A stretch of DNA of 64,000 nucleotides. Source: an uncultured delta proteobacterium (GTDB lineage Bacteria > Myxococcota > Myxococcia > Myxococcales > Anaeromyxobacteraceae). Made by a program: the position numbers and the translations under genes. The notes beneath the pieces are model-generated. The model saw nothing but the letters and a program-made list of their open reading frames with translations, searched no databases and had not been told where the DNA came from. This document shows positions 1 through 12,125 of the stretch, piece by piece. Numbering within the stretch: position 1 is the first letter of the stretch; the number at the start of each line of letters is the position of its first letter. The stretch covers positions 544,001-608,000 of the forward strand of contig CAVYBH010000012.1 in assembly GCA_963766715.1 (NCBI GenBank), read 5' to 3'.

Positions 1-1112
1 TCCAGCAGATGGTGAGGGAGTTCTGCGAGGAGGAGGTCAAGGCCCAGTCGCGCAGATGGGACGAGACCGGGGAATTCCCCCTCGACACCGTCCGCAAGCT
101 CGGCGAGCTCGGGCTGCTCGGCATCACCGTGCCCGAGGAGTACGGCGGCTCCGCGCTCGACATGCTGGCCGTGGCGGTGGTGGTGGAGGAGATCGCCCGC
201 TACGACGGATCGCTGGCGCTGACCGTGGCCAGCCACAACGGGCTGGGCACGAGCCAGATCCGCTACTTCGGGACCGAGGAGCAGCGCCAGCGATGGGTGC
301 CGCCGCTCGCCCGCGGCGAGAAGCTGGCGGCCTGGGGTCTCACCGAGCCCGGCAGCGGTTCGGACGCCGCGGGCCTCCTCTCCAGCGCGGTCCGGAAGGG
401 CGACGGCTGGCTGCTGAACGGCTCGAAGATGTTCATCACCCAGGGCAGCGTCGGCGACACCTTCGTCGTGCTGGCCCGGACCTCGCCGGAGAAGGCGCAG
501 AAGGGGATCACCGCCTTCGTGCTCGAGAAGGGGATGAAGGGGTTCTCCCAGCGCGTCATCCACGGGAAGCTCGGCATGCGCAGCTCCGACACCGCCGAGC
601 TCCACATGGAGGACGTGGAGGTCCCGGACGAGAACCGGATCGGGGAGGTGGACCACGGCTTCCTCGACACGCTCTCCATCCTCGACCGCGGCCGGATCAC
701 CATCGGGGCCCTGGCGGTGGGCCTGGGGCGCGGCGCCGTCGAGGAGGCGCGGGTCTACGCCAAGGAGCGCAAGGCCTTCGGGAGGCCCATCGCGGAGTTC
801 CAGGCCATCGCCTTCGCGCTCGCCGACATGGCCACCGAGGTGGACGCCGCCCGCCTGCTGGTGTGGCGGTCCGCCAACCTGGCCGACGCCAGGCAGCCCT
901 TCGGGCGCGAAGCCTCGATGGGCAAGCTCTTCGCCAGCGAGGCGGCCATGCGGGCGACCAGCAAGGCCATCCAGATCCTGGGTGGCTACGGCTACACCCG
1001 CGAGTTCCCGGTCGAGCGATACTTCCGGGATGCGAAGCTGTGCGAGATCGGGGAAGGAACGAGCGAGATCCAGCGGCTGGTGATCGCGCGCTCGATCCTG
1101 CGAGACACATGA
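1..1112 (+). CDS. Acyl-CoA dehydrogenase (probably 5'-truncated by the window edge)
   Basis: ACAD motifs [58 protein letters not shown]; frame is open upstream of the ATG at 9. Confidence 0.93.
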   Translation, partial: QQMVREFCEEEVKAQSRRWDETGEFPLDTVRKLGELGLLGITVPEEYGGSALDMLAVAVVVEEIARYDGSLALTVASHNGLGTSQIRYFGTEEQRQRWVPPLARGEKLAAWGLTEPGSGSDAAGLLSSAVRKGDGWLLNGSKMFITQGSVGDTFVVLARTSPEKAQKGITAFVLEKGMKGFSQRVIHGKLGMRSSDTAELHMEDVEVPDENRIGEVDHGFLDTLSILDRGRITIGALAVGLGRGAVEEARVYAKERKAFGRPIAEFQAIAFALADMATEVDAARLLVWRSANLADARQPFGREASMGKLFASEAAMRATSKAIQILGGYGYTREFPVERYFRDAKLCEIGEGTSEIQRLVIARSILRDT

Positions 1113-2134
1113 GCGACGGCATCTCCACCATCGCGGAGCGGGTCCGGGCCGGCGACATCCGCACCGCCGCCCGCCTGATGCGCAGCCTCGACGACGGCCT
1201 GCCCGGCGCCCGCAAGGTGCTGCGCGAGCTGTTCGCTCGACCTGGCCACGCCTTCGTGGTCGGGCTCACCGGCCCGCCGGGTGCGGGGAAGTCGTCCCTC
1301 ACCGACCGCCTCATCGCGCTCCACCGGAAGGCGGGACGGACGGTCGGCGTGGTGGCGGTGGATCCCACCAGCCCGTTCACGGGAGGCGCCATCCTCGGCG
1401 ACCGGGTGCGCATGCAGGATCACGCCCTCGACCCGGGCGTCTTCATCCGGTCGCTGGCCACGCGCGGACACCTGGGCGGCCTCTCCCGGGCCACCGCCGA
1501 CGTGGTGCAGGTCCTCGACGCCATGGGCAAGGACGTGATCCTGGTCGAGACCGTCGGGGTCGGGCAGGACGAGGTGGAGGTGGCGGAGCTCGCGCACAGC
1601 GTCGTGGTCGTGTCAATCCCGGGCATGGGAGACGAGGTCCAGGCCATCAAGGCGGGCGTCCTCGAGATCGCCGACGTGTTCGCCGTCAACAAGGCGGACC
1701 GGGAGGGCGCCGACCGCACCGTGAAGGATCTGCAGATGATGCTCGACCTGCGGCGGACGACCGCGACGCGGAGCGTCCCGGGCCACGACTCGATGCACCG
1801 GATGACCCGGACGGCGGCGGAGGACCCGCACGATCCCAGCTGGTGGGAGCCGCCCATCGTGAAGACGGTCGCCACGCGGGACCAGGGCGTGGAGGAGCTG
1901 GCCGACGCGGTGGAGCGCCACCGGCAGCACCTCGAGCGGACCGGGGAGCGGAAGCTGCGGGAGGTGGCCCGGGCCCGCGCGGCCTTCCTGACGCTCCTGC
2001 GCGACCGGCTCATGCAGGGCGCGCTCAACCGGCTCTCCGACGAGGTGGGGCACCTCGACGCCATCGCGGCGCGCATCGCCGACCGGAGCGCCGACCCCTA
2101 TCAGCTCGCCGACGAGCTGGCGGCCCGGCTCTAG
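1109..2134 (+). CDS. meaB: Methylmalonyl-CoA mutase-associated GTPase MeaB/ArgK
   Basis: ATGA overlap with upstream gene; [42 protein letters not shown]. Confidence 0.92.
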   Translation: MSDGISTIAERVRAGDIRTAARLMRSLDDGLPGARKVLRELFARPGHAFVVGLTGPPGAGKSSLTDRLIALHRKAGRTVGVVAVDPTSPFTGGAILGDRVRMQDHALDPGVFIRSLATRGHLGGLSRATADVVQVLDAMGKDVILVETVGVGQDEVEVAELAHSVVVVSIPGMGDEVQAIKAGVLEIADVFAVNKADREGADRTVKDLQMMLDLRRTTATRSVPGHDSMHRMTRTAAEDPHDPSWWEPPIVKTVATRDQGVEELADAVERHRQHLERTGERKLREVARARAAFLTLLRDRLMQGALNRLSDEVGHLDAIAARIADRSADPYQLADELAARL

Positions 2135-2148
2135 GGGACGGACGACCC

Positions 2149-3142
2149 GTGGAAGCGACGCGCACCCCCCTGACCGTCGACGACGCCGAGCGCGTGGCCC
2201 GGCTCGAGGAGCGCCTGGGAGCACCCATCGGCGATCGCTTCACGGCGCTCGCCGCCCTCACCCACAAGTCCTGGGTGAACGAGCACCGCGGGGAGGGCGC
2301 CGAGGACAACGAGCGGCTCGAGTTCCTCGGCGACGCCGTGATCGACCTGGTGGTCTCCGAGTACCTCATGTCCAGGTTTCCGCTCGCGCGGGAAGGGGAC
2401 CTGTCCAAGCTCCGGGCGGCGGTGGTCGACGAGGCCGGACTGGCGTCGATGAGCCGGACGCTGGGACTGGGAGAGCTCCTCCGGCTGGGGCGGGGCGAGG
2501 AGATGACCGGCGGGCGCGAGAAGGTCTCGTTGCTGGCCGATGCGATGGAAGCGGTGATCGCGGCGGTGTTCCTCGACCGGGGGCTCGCCGGCGCCCACGC
2601 GCTCGTCGCCCGCTTCCTCGGGGATGCCTACGCCCAGGCCGAATCCGGGGCGCTCGACCGCGACTGGAAGACGCAGCTCCAGGAGCTGGGCCAGGCCCGG
2701 CATCGGGCCTCGCCGCGCTACCGGGTCGTCGCCGAGGTGGGGCCCGACCACTCCAAGGTCTTCGAGATCGAGGTGGAGCTTCGCGGCGCCGTCCTGGGGC
2801 GCGGATCGGGGCGCTCGAAGAAGGACGCCGAGCAGGCCGCCGCCCGGCTGGCCCTCGGGCTGCTCGCGACGGCGGAGGTTGCCGGGTCGGAGATTGCCGG
2901 GTCGGAGGGGACGCCCCCGGCGGAGGGTCGTGGGCTGGCGACGGAACCCCCGCCTCCAGCCCTGGACGCGGTTCCCGCTGCCCGAGCCGGCGAAGCCACG
3001 GAAGGCCCGGGCCGCGAAGAAGGCTCCCGGGCCCCCAGTCGCCACGCCGGCGGCCAGGAAGAAGGCCGGGAAGGGGGCGCTCCCCCGAAAGTCGGTCACC
3101 CGCCGGTCGAGGAAGATTGCGGACCCGGGCACGGGTGACTAG
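2149..3142 (+). CDS. rnc: Ribonuclease III with C-terminal low-complexity extension (end 3138, or 3142 if the tail is frameshifted)
   Basis: NERLEFLGDAV signature, LADAMEA, dsRBD (DWKTQLQE...GPDHSKVF...GRSKKDAEQAAA); GTG at 2149. Confidence 0.93.
2879..2907 (+). repeat. 15-nt-period tandem duplication inside the rnc tail
   Basis: TTGCCGGGTCGGAG at 2879-2892 and 2894-2907, encoding AGSE twice. Confidence 0.7.
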
Positions 3143-3152
3143 TCTCCCGCCC

Positions 3153-3810
3153 ATGACCAAGCTCGCCATCTGCGCGGCCCTGGCGCTCGCCGCCGTGCCC
3201 GCGTCCGCCGAAGACCTGTACGCCACGTTCGAGACCTCCGCTGGCAAGATCGGGGTGAAGCTCCTTCCCTCCGAGGCCCCCGTCGCGGTGAAGAACTTCA
3301 CCGAGCTCGCCGAGGGCAAGAAGGAGTGGACCGATCCGAAGACCGGCCAGAAGGTGAAGACGCCGCTCTACGACAACACGCTCTTCCACCGGGTCATCCC
3401 CGGCTTCATGATCCAGGGCGGCGATCCCCTCACCCAGGGCGCCGCGATCGGGACCACCACCAGCTCCACCGGCCGTTCCTTCGGCACCGGCGGCCCGGGC
3501 TACAAGTTCCCCGACGAGCTGGCGAAGCCGCCCGCCAAGCTCTTCGAGAAGGCCTGCGTGCTGGCCATGGCCAACTCCGGGGCCGACACCAACGGCTCCC
3601 AGTTCTTCATCACCGAGGGGTACGGAAGCTCGGTCGCCCAGCTCGAGCCGCGCAACTGCGTCGACGCGAAGGGCGGCGTGTGCGGCTACACGCGCTTCGG
3701 CCAGGGCGTCTGCGGATGCGACCTGGTGGGCAAGATCGCCCGCGAGGGCGAACTCCAAGGTCAAGCTGAGCAAGGTCGTCATCTCCTCGAAGCCCCCCAC
3801 CTGCAAGTAG
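3153..3810 (+). CDS. Exported cyclophilin-type peptidyl-prolyl isomerase (one extra base near 3750)
   Basis: Signal peptide [47 protein letters not shown]; corrected end GNSKVKLSKVVISSKPPTCK* aligns with the downstream paralogue. Confidence 0.88.
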
Positions 3811-3819
3811 GAGCACGCC

Positions 3820-4326
3820 ATGGCCGACCCCATCTTCGCGACCTTCCAGACCTCAGCCGGCGACATCGTGGTGAAGCTCCTTCCCGAGAAGGCGCCCAAG
3901 ACGGTGGAGAACTTCCTCGGCCTGGCCGAGGGCACCCGGGAATGGAAGGACCCCCGCTCGGGGCAGATGTCGAAGAAGCCGCTCTACGACGGCACCGTCT
4001 TCCACCGGGTCATCCCGGAGTTCATGATCCAGGGCGGTGACCCGCTGGGCACGGGGACGGGCGGGCCCGGCTACAAGTTCGCCGACGAGATCGGCCCGGA
4101 CAACAAGTTCGATCGCCCGGGGCTGCTCGCCATGGCGAACGCGGGCCCGAACACGAACGGCTCCCAGTTCTTCATCACCGAGGTGCCGACCCCGCACCTG
4201 AACCGCGGGCACACCATCTTCGGCGAGGTCGTGAAGGGCGGCGACCTGATCCCGAAGATCGCCCGGATGGGCAACGCCAAGGTGGAGCTGAAGAAGCTCG
4301 TCATCACCCGCGGTCCGGTGGCGTAG
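3820..4326 (+). CDS. Cytoplasmic cyclophilin-type peptidyl-prolyl isomerase
   Basis: [47 protein letters not shown]. Confidence 0.95.
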   Translation: MADPIFATFQTSAGDIVVKLLPEKAPKTVENFLGLAEGTREWKDPRSGQMSKKPLYDGTVFHRVIPEFMIQGGDPLGTGTGGPGYKFADEIGPDNKFDRPGLLAMANAGPNTNGSQFFITEVPTPHLNRGHTIFGEVVKGGDLIPKIARMGNAKVELKKLVITRGPVA

Positions 4327-5258
4327 TGGGAGAACCCAGGCCGTTCCGCGCCGGCTTCGTCGCCATCCTCGGACGTCCCAACGTCGGGAAGTCGACCCTG
4401 CTCAACCGGCTCCTGGGGGAGCACGTGGCCATCGTCACGGCGCGCCCCCAGACCACCCGGACTCGCATCCTCGGGGTGGTGAACGGCGAGGGATTCCAGC
4501 TCGCGCTCTTCGACACCCCGGGCCTGCACCGGGCCAAGGGGCCGCTCAACAAGCGGATGGTCGAGACCGCCCTGGGAACGCTCTCCGAGGTCGACGTCGC
4601 GCTCGTGCTGGTCGAGGCCGGCACCGGCCCGGGCGGTCGCGTGGAGATCGGCGAGACCGTCCAGTGGATCGCCTCCGAGGTGAAGAGGAGCGGCAAGCCG
4701 GCCGTCCTCGGCGTGAACAAGATGGACCGGGCGCCGAGGGAGACCTTGCTGCCGGTCATCGACGCGTACCGCGCGGTCCACGACTGGGTCGACGTGGTTC
4801 CCTTCTCGGCCCTCACCGGCGAGAACGTCGACCGGCTGACCGCCGCGCTGGCGAGCCACCTGCCGCCGTCCGACGCGCCGCTCTTCCCGCCCGACGTGAT
4901 GACCGACCAGGCCGAGCGGATCATCGCGGCCGAGTACGTGCGGGAGCAGGTCATGCAGCTGACGCACGACGAGCTGCCCTATTCGGTCGCGGTCGAGGTC
5001 GAGGAGTTCGACGAGTCGGAGCGCCGCGACGACGGCGGGCTGGTTCGAATCGCGGCCCTCATCTGGGTGGAGCGAAGCTCGCAGAAGGCCATCGTCATCG
5101 GGAAGGGCGGGGCCATGCTGAAGCGGGTGGGCACGAGAGCCCGGGAGAAGATGGAGCGGCTCCTGGGCGCCAAGGTCTTCCTCAGCCTGACGGTGAAGGT
5201 CGAGGAGCGCTGGTCGGAGCGGCTCGAGACGCTGCGGCGGCTGGGGATCTCCCGGTGA
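4326..5258 (+). CDS. era: GTPase Era
   Basis: [25 protein letters not shown] domain [11 protein letters not shown]. Confidence 0.96.
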   Translation: MGEPRPFRAGFVAILGRPNVGKSTLLNRLLGEHVAIVTARPQTTRTRILGVVNGEGFQLALFDTPGLHRAKGPLNKRMVETALGTLSEVDVALVLVEAGTGPGGRVEIGETVQWIASEVKRSGKPAVLGVNKMDRAPRETLLPVIDAYRAVHDWVDVVPFSALTGENVDRLTAALASHLPPSDAPLFPPDVMTDQAERIIAAEYVREQVMQLTHDELPYSVAVEVEEFDESERRDDGGLVRIAALIWVERSSQKAIVIGKGGAMLKRVGTRAREKMERLLGAKVFLSLTVKVEERWSERLETLRRLGISR

Positions 5259-6731
5259 ACCGCACCCGTCCGCTCATCGCCTTCGTCGGGCGCCCCAACG
5301 TCGGGAAGTCCACGCTCTTCAACCGGGTGGTGCGGAGGCGGCGGGCCATCGTCCAGGACGAGCCCGGCGTGACCCGCGACCGGAACTACGGCGACTTCGC
5401 CTGGGAAGGACGCCTGCTCTCCGCCGTCGACACCGGCGGGTTCGAGCCGGTCAAGAAGGCTCGCAAGGGCCAGGAGAGCGTCCGCTCGCTCATGCGCAGC
5501 GTCCAGGAGCAGGCCCAGCTGGCCGTGGACGAGGCCGTCGGCGGTGGTGCTGGTCGTCGACGGCCGGGACGGGCTCACCGAGGTCGACCGGGCCGTGGCC
5601 GAGCTGCTCCGCCGCTCGGGCAAGCCGCTCTTCGTCGCCGTGAACAAGATGGACACGGAGCGGACCGAGGAGGGCGCCCCGCTCGCCGAGTTCTACGACC
5701 TGGGCTTCGGCACGGTGCAGTCGGTCTCCGCCGAGCACGGGCGCGGCGTGTCCGACCTCCTCGAATCCATCGTCCAGTCCCTCGACGCCCGGGGAACGCC
5801 GCCGCCGCACCAGGAGGATTCGGAGCCCGACCTCGAGATCGAGCCGGAGGAGGAGGAGGAGGCCGAGCTCGAGACGGAGGCGGTCGAGAAGCCGGACCAG
5901 GTCATCCGCCTCGCCATCGTCGGGCGCCCCAACGTGGGGAAGAGCACGCTCGTGAACGCCATCCTCCGCGAGGAGCGGTTCGTGGTGTCGGAGGTGGCGG
6001 GCACCACGCGGGACAGCATCGACACCGCCTTCGAGCACGAGGGCCAGCAGTTCGTCATCACCGACACGGCGGGCATCCGCCGCAAGCGCTCCATCGCCCA
6101 GAACGTCGAGAAGTACTCGGTGGTCCGCGCGATGCGCTCAATCGACGCCGCCGACGTGGTGGCCGTGATCCTCGACGCGCAGGAGGCGGGCGCCGACCAG
6201 GACGCGAAGCTCATCGGGCTGGTGATGGAGAAGGGGCGCGCGCTGGTCCTCGTCGTGAACAAGTGGGACGTGGCCCAGGCGGCCGGCGCGACGCAGCGCT
6301 GGTACCGGGACGAGCTCGCCAAGCGGCTCCCCTTCATTCCCTGGGCGCCCATGCTGTTCCTGAGCGCCCGGCAGGGGAAGGGCGTCGGGGCGCTCCTCCG
6401 CGAGGCGGGCCGGCTCGCCCTGCAGTACCGCACCCGCCTGCCCACCCCGAAGCTGAACGCGCTGCTCGAGGCCATCCAGGAGGAGCACCCGGCGCCGCTC
6501 TCCCACGGCCATCCGGTCAAGCTCTACTACGTCAGCATGGTGTCGACGGCGCCCCCGACGCTCGTGCTCCAGGCCAGCCGCCCGGAGACCATTCCCGACT
6601 CCTACAAGCGCTTCATCGAGAACCGCTTCCGGGAGACCTTCGGGCTGAAGGTGCCGCTGCGTTTCGTCTACCGGGAGCGGGCTCGCCGCGACCGGCCGAG
6701 GCGCGCGAAATCGAAGCGCCGCGGCGCTTGA
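5255..6731 (+). CDS. der: Ribosome biogenesis GTPase Der/EngA (frameshift near 5540)
   Basis: Two GRPNVGKST GTPase domains (PGVTRDR/DTGG and AGTTRD/DTAG), acidic linker, KH-like C-terminus; GTGA overlap with era. Confidence 0.93.
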
Positions 6732-6792
6732 CGCTCGACCCCACCCCGCCTAGATTGGCCCGACTTTTCGCAGGGATCGCCCCAGGGGAGCC

Positions 6793-7527
6793 ATGTCGAA
6801 ACACGCAGCGGAATTGACCCGCAAGGACATGAAGGCCCCGGACGCCTTCCAGACCGCAGCCAGCAAGGCCGCGACCTGGGTGTCCGGGAAGCAGAAGACC
6901 ATCGTCGCCGCCGTCGTGGGCGCCCTGGTCGTGGTCGCCGTCGTCCTCGGCGGAATGAGCTGGTGGGACTCGCGGAAGAACGCCGCGGGCGGGCTCCTGT
7001 ACCGCACCCTCGACGACGCCGACGGGCAGATCTCGAGCGTCCCCCTGCCCGGCGTGACCGTGCCGCTCTTCCCCAGCTCGGAGGCCCAGCAGCGCGCCGT
7101 CCTGGCCCGCGCCGAGGAGCTCCGCAAGGCCTACCCGTCCACCGATGCCGCCCGGACGGCCACCCTCGCCGCGGGCGGAGCCAACCTCCGCCTGGGCGCC
7201 TTCGACGCGGCCATCGCCGATTACGAGGCCTACCTGGCTGGCTCCACGCCCAAGGACTCGCTCGCCTTCGTCGCCATCGAGGGGGTGGCCCGCGCCAAGG
7301 AGGGCAAGGGCGACACCGCCGGAGCCCTCGCGGCGTTCGAGAGGCTCCAGACCCAGGCTCCGTCCCGCGCCGACCGCGCCTCCCTGGAGCGCGCCCGCAT
7401 CCTCGCCAAGACCGGCAAGGGCGACGAGGCGCGCAAGCTGCTCGAGGCCTTCCCGCAGGACTTCAAGGAGTCGCAGCTCCGTCCCGAGGCGGACAAGCAG
7501 CTCGCCTCCCTGGGCGGAGCCCGCTAG
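6793..7527 (+). CDS. Membrane-anchored TPR protein, YfgM-like
   Basis: N-terminal TM segment then TPR-like helices; lies between der and a bamB-like gene. Confidence 0.75.
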   Translation: MSKHAAELTRKDMKAPDAFQTAASKAATWVSGKQKTIVAAVVGALVVVAVVLGGMSWWDSRKNAAGGLLYRTLDDADGQISSVPLPGVTVPLFPSSEAQQRAVLARAEELRKAYPSTDAARTATLAAGGANLRLGAFDAAIADYEAYLAGSTPKDSLAFVAIEGVARAKEGKGDTAGALAAFERLQTQAPSRADRASLERARILAKTGKGDEARKLLEAFPQDFKESQLRPEADKQLASLGGAR

Positions 7528-7530
7528 CCG

Positions 7531-8618
7531 ATGGTAGGACTCGCCGCCGCCGCGTTGCTCTCCCTCGCGGGAGTGGCTGCGGGTCCTCCTCCGCCCCCGT
7601 CCGACAGCCTCTTCGGCGTCGCCTGGCGGAAGACCCTCGTCGAGCCGTACCTCCTCGAGTACAAGCCGTTCGAGCCCGCCGGCCCCGCCATCAATCCCCT
7701 CACCGGGATGGTCGTGGCGCTCACCCGCGACGGGTACGTGCAGGCCTTCACTCCCGAGGGCAAGGAGCTCTGGTACGCGCAGCTGGTGGGGCCGTACCTC
7801 GGGTCCGCGGCGTTCGGGCATGGTCTCGCCTTCGTCGCCGGCCTGGACGGAAGGGTCTTCGCCTTCGACGCCGCCCGGGGCGACCACCGCTGGACCTACA
7901 CCTACCGGGAGGAGTTCGGCAGCCAGCCCGTCGTCGTGGGCGACCTCCTCTACGTCTGCACGCTCGAGGGAACGGTGCTGGCGCTCGAGGCGAAGACCGG
8001 CTCGTGGAGATGGCACTTCCGCCGGGAGCCCGTGGGGAAGTTCAGCATCCTCGGCGTGGGCACCCCCGCGGTGGTGGACGGGATCCTCTACCAGGGGTTC
8101 TCCGACGGAAGCGTGGTGGCCCTCGACGCGCTCGAACGGCGCGGTGAAGTGGGACCGGAAGGTAGGGCGAGGCGAATACGCGGACATCGACTCCGACGTC
8201 CAGGTCTCGAAGGACCGCGTCTACGTGGCGAGCTACGGCGGCCAGGTGGCCGCCCTCGATCGAGTCGAACGGCACCCCGGTCTGGGAGGCCAAGGCGCCC
8301 TTCGCCTACAAGGCGAAGCTCGACGGCAACACCTACGTGGTCGTCACCACCTCGGCGGTCCTGGGGTTCGACGCCGCCAGCGGCAAGCCGCTCTGGGAGA
8401 CGCCGCTCGAGGGGATGCCGCTCGCCAACCCGGTCATCGCGAAGGGCATCGTCCTCGTGCCGAACGGCAAGGGGTTGCTGGTGCTCGATCGGAAGAGCGG
8501 GCGCAAGCTCCGCTTCTTCACGCGAGGCTCCGGCGCCACCGGCAGCCCGGCGGTCCTGGGCAAGCGGGTCTACCTGCTCTCGAACGCCGGGGAGCTGATC
8601 GCGGTCGATCTGCGGTGA
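7531..8618 (+). CDS. PQQ-like beta-propeller protein, BamB-like (frameshifts near 8130 and 8265)
   Basis: Repeated ALDAxxGxxxW units across three frames; signal peptide; ends GELIAVDLR*. Confidence 0.8.
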
Positions 8619-9013
8619 GGCAGGTGCGGGTGGTCGCGGCGGTGATCCGCCGGGGCGGTCGCATCCTGATCACGAGGCGCCACGGCCACGCCGAGCGCGG
8701 CGGCCAGTGGGAGTTCCCGGGTGGGAAGGTCGAGGCGGGCGAGGACGAGCCGGCCGCGCTGCGCCGGGAGATCCTCGAGGAGCTGGGATGCGAGGTGGCG
8801 GTGGGCCCGCTCGTCACCCGGACCTCCCACCGCTACCCGGACCTCGAGGTGGAGCTCGCCTTCTTCGCGTGCGAGCTCTCCCCGGAGGTCGAGCCGGTCC
8901 TGCTCGGAGCGGCAGCCCTCGACTGGGCCTTGCCCGAGCGCCTGGCCGAGTACGATTTCTGCGAGGCGGACCGGCCCGTGCTGCCGGTGCTGGCCGGCCT
9001 GCCGCGCACCTAG
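8615..9013 (+). CDS. NUDIX hydrolase, MutT/NudG-like
   Basis: WEFPGGKVEAGEDEPAALRREILEELG Nudix box; GTGA overlap. Confidence 0.9.
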   Translation: MRQVRVVAAVIRRGGRILITRRHGHAERGGQWEFPGGKVEAGEDEPAALRREILEELGCEVAVGPLVTRTSHRYPDLEVELAFFACELSPEVEPVLLGAAALDWALPERLAEYDFCEADRPVLPVLAGLPRT

Positions 9014-11435
9014 CGGCCGCGACCTCCGCCGCCTCCTCCGCCACCGCCTCGCGAGCCGCCGCCTCCACCACTGCCGTGAGAGGCCGCTCCGCTCGACCGC
9101 GAGGGCGGCGAGGCAGCCCGCTGGCGCGCGGCCGCATCCCGGCTCAGTCCCGCCGGGGCGCTCCCGTACGACGGCCGGTTCGACGTCTGCGGGGCCGGGC
9201 GGGTCGTCGGCCGGGCCTGCTGCTGGGGCTGGGAGGGCGCGGGGCGCGTCTGGGGCTGCGACGTGCCGGACGGTCTCGTCTGGGGAACCGAACCGGGCTG
9301 GGCCGGAAGGCCGGCTGGACGTCGGAGTGGACGGCCGTGTGGCCCGACGTCGTCGGCTGGGGCTTCCAGCCCTGGGGCGTGTTCTTGTCCCAGGTGCCGC
9401 CGGCGTTCTGCCGGTACACGTTGCCCTTCTTGTCGGCGTAGACGTTGTTCGGCCGGTTGACGGGACGCGGCGCGGGGCGGCTGGCGATGGCCTGGGCCCG
9501 GTCGACGTTGCGCGCCTGGTTCTGCGGGCGGGCGTAGATGTTGTTGTTGTACCCGCCGGGACCAGGCGGTCGCGGGGCCGGGCGGGTAGCCGCCGCCGGG
9601 CCGGGGAGGCGGGGGACGTCCGCCGTAGCCAGGCGGCGGCGGGCGGTAGCCGTATCCGGGATAGGGCGGGCGGTAGCCCGGAGGAGGGCGATACCAGCCG
9701 CCGGGGTAGGGGGGAGGGAAGGGGCGATAGCCGGGCGGCTCCGTACCAGCCCGGACCGTAGGCCGGGCCGAAGCGCATTCCGGAGTAGAAGAACGGCGAC
9801 CCGTAGCCGTACCCGAAGCCGAATCCGACCCAGGGGTTGTAGACCACGCCGAAGCCGTAGGTCAGGGCCGCGGGTAGTACACCGTGGGTCCGATGTACGG
9901 AGGGTAATAGAAGCCGGTGCCGTACACGACGGTGCCGTAGTAGGGGTACATGCCGGTGTAGCCGGGCAGGTAGCCCACGTACACCACCTCCGGCGTCGAC
10001 TGGTACACGTAGACGTACTTGGTGTTGTAGACGGGCGCGCTGGGCGGGACCTGGTCGATGTCGGGCGGCCGCCTGTCGCTCACCGCCCAGGGCCCCCGGG
10101 GACCGGAGGCCACGTACCAGACCCCCTGGTCGCAGGCCCAGTACCGGCCCGCGTCCTGGATCACCGAGAACGGCGTGTTGACCGCGAAGGCCATCTGCGT
10201 GCCCTCGATGGGCTTGAAGCGCGGCTCGCCGTCGTAGGTCACCTCGAACTTCTGGTCGCGCTTCACCGCGGTGGTCTGGGGGATCTGGCTGTCGGCGAGC
10301 GCGTCGAGCGCCTCGTCGGTCCCGGACACGAAGGTCCGCACCTGGCCCACCGGCGAGTCGGGCGGGCAGCTTCCCGAACCCGGCCGGCAGCTTGTCCGGG
10401 CGGACGAACGTCCAGGGGCCGGCGGTGGACTTGGACTTGAACCAGCGTCCGGAGGCGAGGACGAAGGTCTCGCTGGTCGGGACGTAGACGAGGACGTCGC
10501 GCTGCGTGTTCTCGGCGTAGAGGAGGTCGGCGTCGTCGCCGACCGGGACGTACTTGGGGGCCCCGTCGAAGACGAAGAGCTCCGCGGGCTCGGTCGAGAC
10601 CAGGATGCGAGGCGGGACGGGCGGCTCCTCGACCTGCTTCTCGGCGGCCTGCTGGGCCGCATCCCCGGTGAGCTTCTCGCGGCGGTGGCTGGGAGTCGAA
10701 GAGCGCCTTGACGGCCGGCGAGGGCTGCGGCGACGGAGGTGAAGGGTCCCGTGGCGGCCGGAGCCTCGTACCAGTACTTGCCGCCGGCCAGGTAGTAGCG
10801 GCGGGTCGAGGGGTCGAAGGCGACGAACATCGGGGTGTTCACGACCCGCTTCAGCTCGCTGCCCGGGATCGGCTGCTCGACGGGCTTGCCGGCGTAGAGG
10901 AGCAGGACGGCCGGGTCGTTCGAGAAGAGCATCTTCGGCGGGGGCGACTTGAGCCCCTCGGAGGACTTCTTCTCGGCCTGCGAGACGGCCAGGCTGGCCT
11001 GGATGGAGTCGAGGGAGAGCGTGAGGTCCCATTTCGGGACCTCTCTCTCGAGGATCGGTGGCGAGATCCTTCTCCTCGTCCTTGGTGATGTTCGGGAAGC
11101 GGACCTTGTCGACCCGGATGGTCTCGATGGTCCCGGTCCGGGCGTCGCGGTCGACGGACACGGTCGTGGTGAACCAGAGCACGCCGAAGACGGGCGCCTT
11201 GTCCTTCCCGGCGGTCCAGGAAAGGGCCGCTCGGCCGCGACAGGGTCACGCCCTCGAACTTCTCGAGCTGGGGCTGGAAGATCTCGAGCGTGCCGGTTCC
11301 CAGCTCCATGGAGCGCGGCCACTCGGCGAGGGCCTCGTCCGCCGCCGAGCCCGGCGCGGGAGGCGGGGCCGGGTCGGCCGCCAGGGCCGGAGAGGATGCC
11401 AGGACCAGCAGTGCGGCCAGGGCGTGGATGCGCAT
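9010..11435 (-). CDS. Large exported hypothetical protein with Tyr/Pro/Gly/Arg-rich tail (several frameshifts)
   Basis: Signal peptide MRIHALAALLVLASSPALAA; protein-like segments stitched across frames (DLLYAENTQRDV, YNTKYVYVYQSTPEVVYVGYLPGY, NNVYADKKGNVYR); ends GGGRGR*, sharing CTAG with the nudix stop. Confidence 0.75.
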
Positions 11436-11486
11436 GGGCGAAGTCTAGCCTCCGGGAGAACGGCCTGCGAACGGCAATGGGACGGC

Positions 11487-12109
11487 TCAGCCGCCGCGCT
11501 TCTTCTTGGCCTTCTTGGGGGGTGGCCGGGGCGGAGGCGTTCCCGAAACCCGAACCGAAAGGACGAGAGGCTCGTAGGACCCATCCGAGGCGGAACGGAT
11601 CAGGCGGCCGTCGATGCCCTCGAGGCGCAGCAGGTACGAGCCGCCGGCGCGGAGCGGGTCCTGGGGCTGGAGCGTGAACCGGGATGCCGGCCGCGGAGAC
11701 CTCCGACTCGACGGCGGCAGGGACGAGCAGGTCCTGCGAGTCGAGCAGGACGAGGCGTGCATCGCGGAGCGCAGCGGAGACGCGGACCTCGAAGGTCGAC
11801 TCGGGCTCGATGCCGGTCGCCGGGCCCGGGGCGAGCGCGGTCGACGCCTGGCCGACGCGCGCCTCGGCCGACGTGAGCGGAACCGGGAGCGGCTGGCGCG
11901 GGCGCCACGGGCGGACGGAGGCGAGCCGGTGGAGCGGGCCGGCGGCGCGCCCGGAGCCGGGGCCGCGACGCCGTCGGAGACCGTCGGACCGACGGTTCCG
12001 GTCGGTCCCGTCGGGGCGTCCGGAGGTGGCCGTGGGGGGGTGGCCGGCGAGCAGGAAGTCGCCAGGCCGAGGAGCAGCGGGATGACGAAAAGCCGCGAGA
12101 ATGGGCCAT
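11487..12109 (-). CDS. Putative lipoprotein with beta-rich (Ig-like?) C-terminal domain (frameshifted)
   Basis: RLFVIPLLLGLATSC lipobox-like segment just after ATG 12109 in an adjacent frame; C-terminus LRAGGSYLLRLEGIDG...PPKKAKKKRGG*. Confidence 0.55.
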
Positions 12110-12125
12110 CCCGCTGCCCGACCGT

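Noticed and set aside
5520..5550. Programmed frameshifting or true pseudogenisation of der and other genes
   Set aside because: No slippery-site pattern, and such breaks occur throughout the window including in essential genes; sequencing error is more parsimonious.
9540..9870. Short repeats (GCGGTAGCCG-like) that might suggest an array
   Set aside because: Irregular spacing and in-frame coding of GYRPP peptide repeats; not CRISPR-like.
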